From assembly GCA_964057225.1 (NCBI GenBank), contig CAXKVF010000072.1, positions 62,001 to 126,000 on the forward strand: 64,000 nt of DNA, given 5' to 3'. The stretch comes from Auanema rhodensis. Its lineage: Eukaryota; Animalia; Nematoda. Below are positions 57,801 to 64,000 of this stretch, in pieces. A program made the position numbers and the translations under genes. Within the stretch, counting starts at the first letter, position 1; each line of letters begins with the position of its first letter. Below the pieces are notes generated by a model. The model was not told the DNA's origin and did not search any database. It saw only the letters and a program-made list of their open reading frames with translations.

Positions 57801-58949
57801 CAAGTGCACATCACGTGTACATTTAATTAGCATAAATTAAAGTTCACGTAAATTTCAAAGTCATGGTTACCATGCACCAATATCAATAAAAATTTGTTTT
57901 TAGACTAATATGGACATGGGGAATCTAATTTTGAAAACCGCATCTCTTTATCTTCCACGTGAAGCGAGTTACATACCAAGTGCACATCACGTGTACATTT
58001 AATTAGCATAAATTAAAGTTCACGTAAATTTCAAAGTCATGGTTACCATGAACCAATATCAATAAAAATTTGTTTTTAGACTAATATGTACATGGGGAAT
58101 CTAATTTTGAAAACCGCATCTCTTTATCTTTCACGTGAAGCGAGTTACATACCAAGTGCACATCACGTGTACATTTAATTAGCATAAATTAAAGTTCACG
58201 TAAATTTCAAAGTCATGGTTACCATGCACCAATATCAATAAAAATCTGTTTTTAGACTAATATGGACATGGGGAATCTAATTTTGAAAACCGCATCTCTT
58301 TATCTTTCACGTGAAGCGAGTTACATACCAAGTGCACATCACGTGTACATTTAATTAGCATAAATTAAAGTTCACGTAAATTTCAAAGTCATGGTTACCA
58401 TGCACCAATATCAATAAAAATTTGTTTTTAGACTAATATGGACATGGGGAACCTAATTTTGAAAACCGCATCTCTTTATCTTTCACGTGAAGCGAGTTAC
58501 ATATCAAGTGCACATCACGTGTACATTTAATTAGCATAAATTAAAGTTCACGTAAATTTCAAAGTCATGGTTACCATTAACCAATATCAATAAAAATTTG
58601 TTTTTAGACTAATATGGACATGGGGAATCTAATTTTAAAAACCGCATCTCTTTATCTTTCACGTGAAGCGAGTTACATACCAAGTGCACATCACGTGTAC
58701 ATTTAATTAGCATAAATTAAAGTTCACGTAAATTTCAAAGTCATGGTTACCATGCACCAATATCAATAAAAATTTGTTTTTAGACTAATATGGACATGGG
58801 GAATCTAATTTTGAAAACCGCATCTCTTTATCTTTCACGTGAAGCGAGTTACATACCAAGTGCACATCACGTGCACATTTAATTAGCATAAATTAAAGTT
58901 CACGTAAATTTCAAAGTCATGGTTACCATGCACCAATATCAATAAAAAT

Positions 58950-61900
58950 TTGTTGTTAGACTAATATGGACATGGGGAATCTAATGTTGAAAACCGCATC
59001 TCTTTATCTTTCACGTGAAGCGAGTTACATACCAAGTGCACATCACGTGTACATTTAATTAGCATAAATTAAAGTTCACGTAAATTTCAAAGTCATGGTT
59101 ACCATGAACCAATATCAATAAAAATTTGTTTTTAGACTAATATGTACATGGGGAATCTAATTTTGAAAACCGCATCTCTTTATCTTTCACGTGAAGCGAG
59201 TTACATACCAAGTGCACATCACGTGCACATTTAATTAGCATAAATTAAAGTTCACGTAAATTTCAAAGTCATGGTTACCATGCACCAATATCAATAAAAA
59301 TTTGTTTTTAGACTAATATGGACATGGGGAATCTAATGTTGAAAACCGCATCTTTTTATCTTTCACGTGAAGCGAGTTACATACCAAGTGCACATCACGT
59401 GTACATTTAATTAGCATAAATTAAAGTTCACGTAAATTTCAAAGTCATGGTTACCATGAACCAATATCAATAAAAATTTGTTTTTAGACTAATATGGACA
59501 TGGGGAATCTAATGTTGAAAACCGCATCTCTTTATCTTTCACGTGAAGCGAGTTGCATACCAAGTGCACATCACGTGTACATTTAATTAGCATAAATTAA
59601 AGTTCACGTAAATTTCAAAGTCATGGTTACCATGAACCAATATCAATAAAAATTTGTTTTTAGACTAATATGGACATGGGGAATCTAATTTTGAAAACCG
59701 CATCTCTTTATCTTTCACGTGAAGCGAGTTACATACCAAGTGCACATCACGTGTACATTTAATTAGCATAAATTAAAGTGCACGTAAATTTCAAAGTCAT
59801 GGTTACCATGAACCAATATCAATAAAAATTTGTTTTTAGACTAATATGGACATGGGGAATCTAATGTTGAAAACCGCATCTCTTTATCTTTCACGTGAAG
59901 CGAGTTGCATACCAAGTGCACATCACGTGTACATTTAATTAGCATAAATTAAAGTTCACGTAAATTTCAAAGTCATGGTTACCATGAACCAATATCAATA
60001 AAAATTTGTTTTTAGACTAATATGGACATGGGGAATCTAATTTTGAAAACCGCATCTCTTTATCTTCCACGTGAAGCGAGTTACATACCAAGTGCACATC
60101 ACGTGTACATTTAATTAGCATAAATTAAAGTTCACGTAAATTTCAAAGTCATGGTTACCATGAACCAATATCAATAAAAATTTGTTTTTAGACTAATATG
60201 GACATGGGGAATCAAATTTTGAAAACCGCATCTCTTTATCTTTCACGTGAAGCGAGTTACATACCAAGTGCACATCACGTGTACATTTAATTAGCATAAA
60301 TTAAAGTTCACGTAAATTTCAAAGTCATGGTTACCATGCACCAATATCAATAAAAATTTGTTTTTAGACTAATATGGACATGGGGAATCTAATTTTGAAA
60401 ACCGCATCTCTTCATATTTCACGTGAAGCGAGTTACATACCAAGTGCACATCACGTGTACATTTAATTAGCATAAATTAAAGTTCACGTAAATTTCAAAG
60501 TCATGGTTACCATGAACCAATATCAATAAAAATTGGTTATTAGACTAATATGGACATGGGGAATCTAATTTTGAAAACCGCATCTCTTTATCTTTCACGT
60601 GAAGCGAGTTACATACCAAGTGCACATCACGTGTACATTTAATTAGCATAAATTAAAGTTCACGTAAATTTCAAAGTCATGGTTACCATGCACCAATATC
60701 AATAAAAATTTGTTTTTAGACTAATATGGACATGGGGAATCTAATTTTGAAAACCGCATCTCTTTATCTTCCACGTGAAGCGAGTTACATACCAAGTGCA
60801 CATCACGTGTACATTTAATTAGCATAAATTAAAGTTCACGTAAATTTCAAAGTCATGGTTACCATGAACCAATATCAATAAAAATTTGTTTTTAGACTAA
60901 TATGTACATGGGGAATCTAATTTTGAAAACCGCATCTCTTTATCTTTCACGTGAAGCGAGTTACATACCAAGTGCACATCACGTGTACATTTAATTAGCA
61001 TAAATTAAAGTTCACGTAAATTTCAAAGTCATGGTTACCATGCACCAATATCAATAAAAATTTGTTTTTAGACTAATATGGACATGGGGAATCTAATGTT
61101 GAAAACCGCATCTCTTTATCTTTCACGTGAAGCGAGTTACATACCAAGTGCACATCACGTGTACATTTAATTAGCATAAATTAAAGTTCACGTAAATTTC
61201 AAAGTCATGGTTACCATGAACCAATATCAATAAAAATTTGTTTTTAGACTAATATGTACATGGGGAATCTAATTTTGAAAACCGCATCTCTTTATCTTTC
61301 ACGTGAAGCGAGTTACATACCAAGTGCACATCACGTGCACATTTAATTAGCATAAATTAAAGTTCACGTAAATTTCAAAGTCATGGTTACCATGCACCAA
61401 TATCAATAAAAATTTGTTTTTAGACTAATATGGACATGGGGAATCTAATGTTGAAAACCGCATCTTTTTATCTTTCACGTGAAGCGAGTTACATACCAAG
61501 TGCACATCACGTGTACATTTAATTAGCATAAATTAAAGTTCACGTAAATTTCAAAGTCATGGTTACCATGAACCAATATCAATAAAAATTTGTTTTTAGA
61601 CTAATATGGACATGGGGAATCTAATGTTGAAAACCGCATCTCTTTATCTTTCACGTGAAGCGAGTTACATACCAAGTGCACATCACGTGTACATTTAATT
61701 AGCATAAATTAAAGTTCACGTAAATTTCAAAGTCATGGTTACCATGAACCAATATCAATAAAAATTTGTTTTTAGACTAATATGGACATGGGGAATCTAA
61801 TTTTGAAAACCGCATCTCTTTATCTTTCACGTGAAGCGAGTTACATACCAAGTGCACATCACGTGTACATTTAATTAGCATAAATTAAAGTTCACGTAAA

Positions 61901-64000
61901 TTTCAAAGTCATGGTTACCATGCACCAATATCAATAAAAATTTGTTTTTAGACTAATATGGACATGGGGAATCTAATTTTGAAAACCGCATCTCTTTATC
62001 TTCCACGTGAAGCGAGTTACATACCAAGTGCACATCACGTGTACATTTAATTAGCATAAATTAAAGTTCACGTAAATTTCAAAGTCATGGTTACCATGAA
62101 CCAATATCAATAAAAATTTGTTTTTAGACTAATATGGACATGGGGAATCTAATTTTGAAAACCGCATCTCTTTATCTTCCACGTGAAGCGAGTTACATAC
62201 CAAGTGCACATCACGTGTACATTTAATTAGCATAAATTAAAGTTCACGTAAATTTCAAAGTCATGGTTACCATGAACCAATATCAATAAAAATTTGTTTT
62301 TAGACTAATATGGACATGGGGAATCAAATTTTGAAAACCGCATCTCTTTATCTTTCACGTGAAGCGAGTTACATACCAAGTGCACATCACGTGTACATTT
62401 AATTAGCATAAATTAAAGTTCACGTAAATTTCAAAGTCATGGTTACCATGAACCAATATCAATAAAAATTTGTTTTTAGACTAATATGGACATGGGGAAT
62501 CTAATTTTGAAAACCGCATCACTTTATCTTTCACGTGAAGCGAGTTACATACCAAGTGCACATCACGTGTACATTTAATTAGCATAAATTAAAGTTCACG
62601 TAAATTTCAAAGTCATGGTTACCATGCACCAATATCAATAAAAATTTGTTTTTAGACTAATATGGACATGGGGAATCTAATTTTGAAAACCGCATCTCTT
62701 CATATTTCACGTGAAGCGAGTTACATACCAAGTGCACATCACGTGTACATTTAATTAGCATAAATTAAAGTTCACGTAAATTTCAAAGTCATGGTTACCA
62801 TGAACCAATATCAATAAAAATTGGTTATTAGACTAATATGGACATGGGGAATCCAATTTTGAAAACCGCATCTCTTTATCTTTCACGTGAAGCGAGTTAC
62901 ATACCAAGTGCACATCACGTGTACATTTAATTAGCATAAATTAAAGTTCACGTAAATTTCAAAGTCATGGTTACCATGCACCAATATCAATAAAAATTTG
63001 TTTTTAGACTAATATGGACATGGGGAATCTAATTTTGAAAACCGCATCTCTTTATCTTCCACGTGAAGCGAGTTACATACCAAGTGCACATCACGTGTAC
63101 ATTTAATTAGCATAAATTAAAGTTCACGTAAATTTCAAAGTCATGGTTACCATGCACCAATATCAATAAAAATTTGTTTTTAGACTAATATGGACATGGG
63201 GAATCTAATTTTGAAAACCGCATCTCTTTATCTTTCACGTGAAGCGAGTTACATACCAAGTGCACATCACGTGTACATTTAATTAGCATAAATTAAAGTT
63301 CACGTAAATTTCAAAGTCATGGTTACCATTAACCAATATCAATAAAAATTTGTTTTTAGACTAATATGGACATGGGGAATCTAATTTTGAAAACCGCATC
63401 TCTTTATCTTTCACGTGAAGCGAGTTACATACCAAGTGCACATCACGTGTACATTTAATTAGCATAAATTAAAGTTCACGTAAATTTCAAAGTCATGGTT
63501 ACCATGCACCAATATCAATAAAAATTTGTTTTTAGACTAATATGGACATGGGGAATCTAATGTTGAAAACCGCATCTCTTTATCTTTCACGTGAAGCGAG
63601 TTACATACCAAGTGCACATCACGTGCACATTTAATTAGCATAAATTAAAGTTCACGTAAATTTCAAAGTCATGGTTACCATGCACCAATATCAATAAAAA
63701 TTTGTTTTTAGACTAATATGGACATGGGGAATCTAATGTTGAAAACCGCATCTTTTTATCTTTCACGTGAAGCGAGTTACATACCAAGTGCACATCACGT
63801 GTACATTTAATTAGCATAAATTAAAGTTCACGTAAATTTCAAAGTCATGGTTACCATGAACCAATATCAATAAAAATTTGTTTTTAGACTAATATGGACA
63901 TGGGGAATCTAATGTTGAAAACCGCATCTCTTTATCTTTCACGTGAAGCGAGTTACATACCAAGTGCACATCACGTGTACATTTAATTAGCATAAATTAA
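58950..64000. repeat. Degenerate 12/13-monomer higher-order repeat (2112 and 2288 bp)
   Basis: GTGCAC variant at 59226/61338/63626 (+2112, +2288); CATATTTC at 60413/62701 and TTGGTTATTAG at 60533/62821 (+2288). Confidence 0.82.

Larger units (their letters stand above)
6252..64000. repeat. 176-bp tandem satellite array, right of the insertion (about 328 monomers; continues beyond the window end); candidate centromeric or pericentromeric satellite
   Basis: The same monomer resumes in register at AAATTAAAGTTCACG (6252) and runs without interruption to 64000, with only substitutions and 1-2 bp indels. The centromeric role is inferred from the roughly nucleosome-length monomer and high homogeneity (compare 171-bp alpha satellite and 178-bp Arabidopsis CEN178). 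No homology to those is claimed. Confidence 0.99.

Noticed and set aside
1-64000. CRISPR array or other repeat-spacer system
   Set aside because: There are no unique spacers, the whole 176-bp unit repeats, and there are no cas-like ORFs.
1-64000. A single fixed higher-order repeat, or a coded message in the allele order
   Set aside because: Periods vary (2, 5, 6, 8, 9, 10, 12, 13, 15, 25-28, 47 monomers) and are explained by nested duplications.

Overview
Almost the whole window (about 361 monomers) is one head-to-tail, single-orientation tandem array of a 176-bp AT-rich satellite. The first monomer is about 32% GC by hand count, and most monomers differ from consensus at only 0-3 positions. 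Length, homogeneity and array size fit a eukaryotic centromeric or pericentromeric satellite, but I cannot assign the species or confirm centromere function from sequence. The only non-satellite DNA is a 386-bp insert at 5866-6251 flanked by a target-site duplication (AAATTA). On the minus strand it reads like the 3' end of a 5'-truncated non-LTR retrotransposon or retrocopy: a start-less open frame, an AT-rich UTR, then AATAAA-CCTTGAC. Rare shared variants reveal many nested local duplications with periods from 2 to 47 monomers, plus one long-range copy, rather than one fixed higher-order repeat. The monomer is rich in dyad symmetries, and several variants, including multi-base ones, perfect quasi-palindromes. 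There is no credible protein-coding gene, RNA gene or CRISPR array. The single listed ORF arises from one divergent monomer. I found no new multi-gene system; the points of interest are the insertion and the mutational and duplication dynamics of the array.
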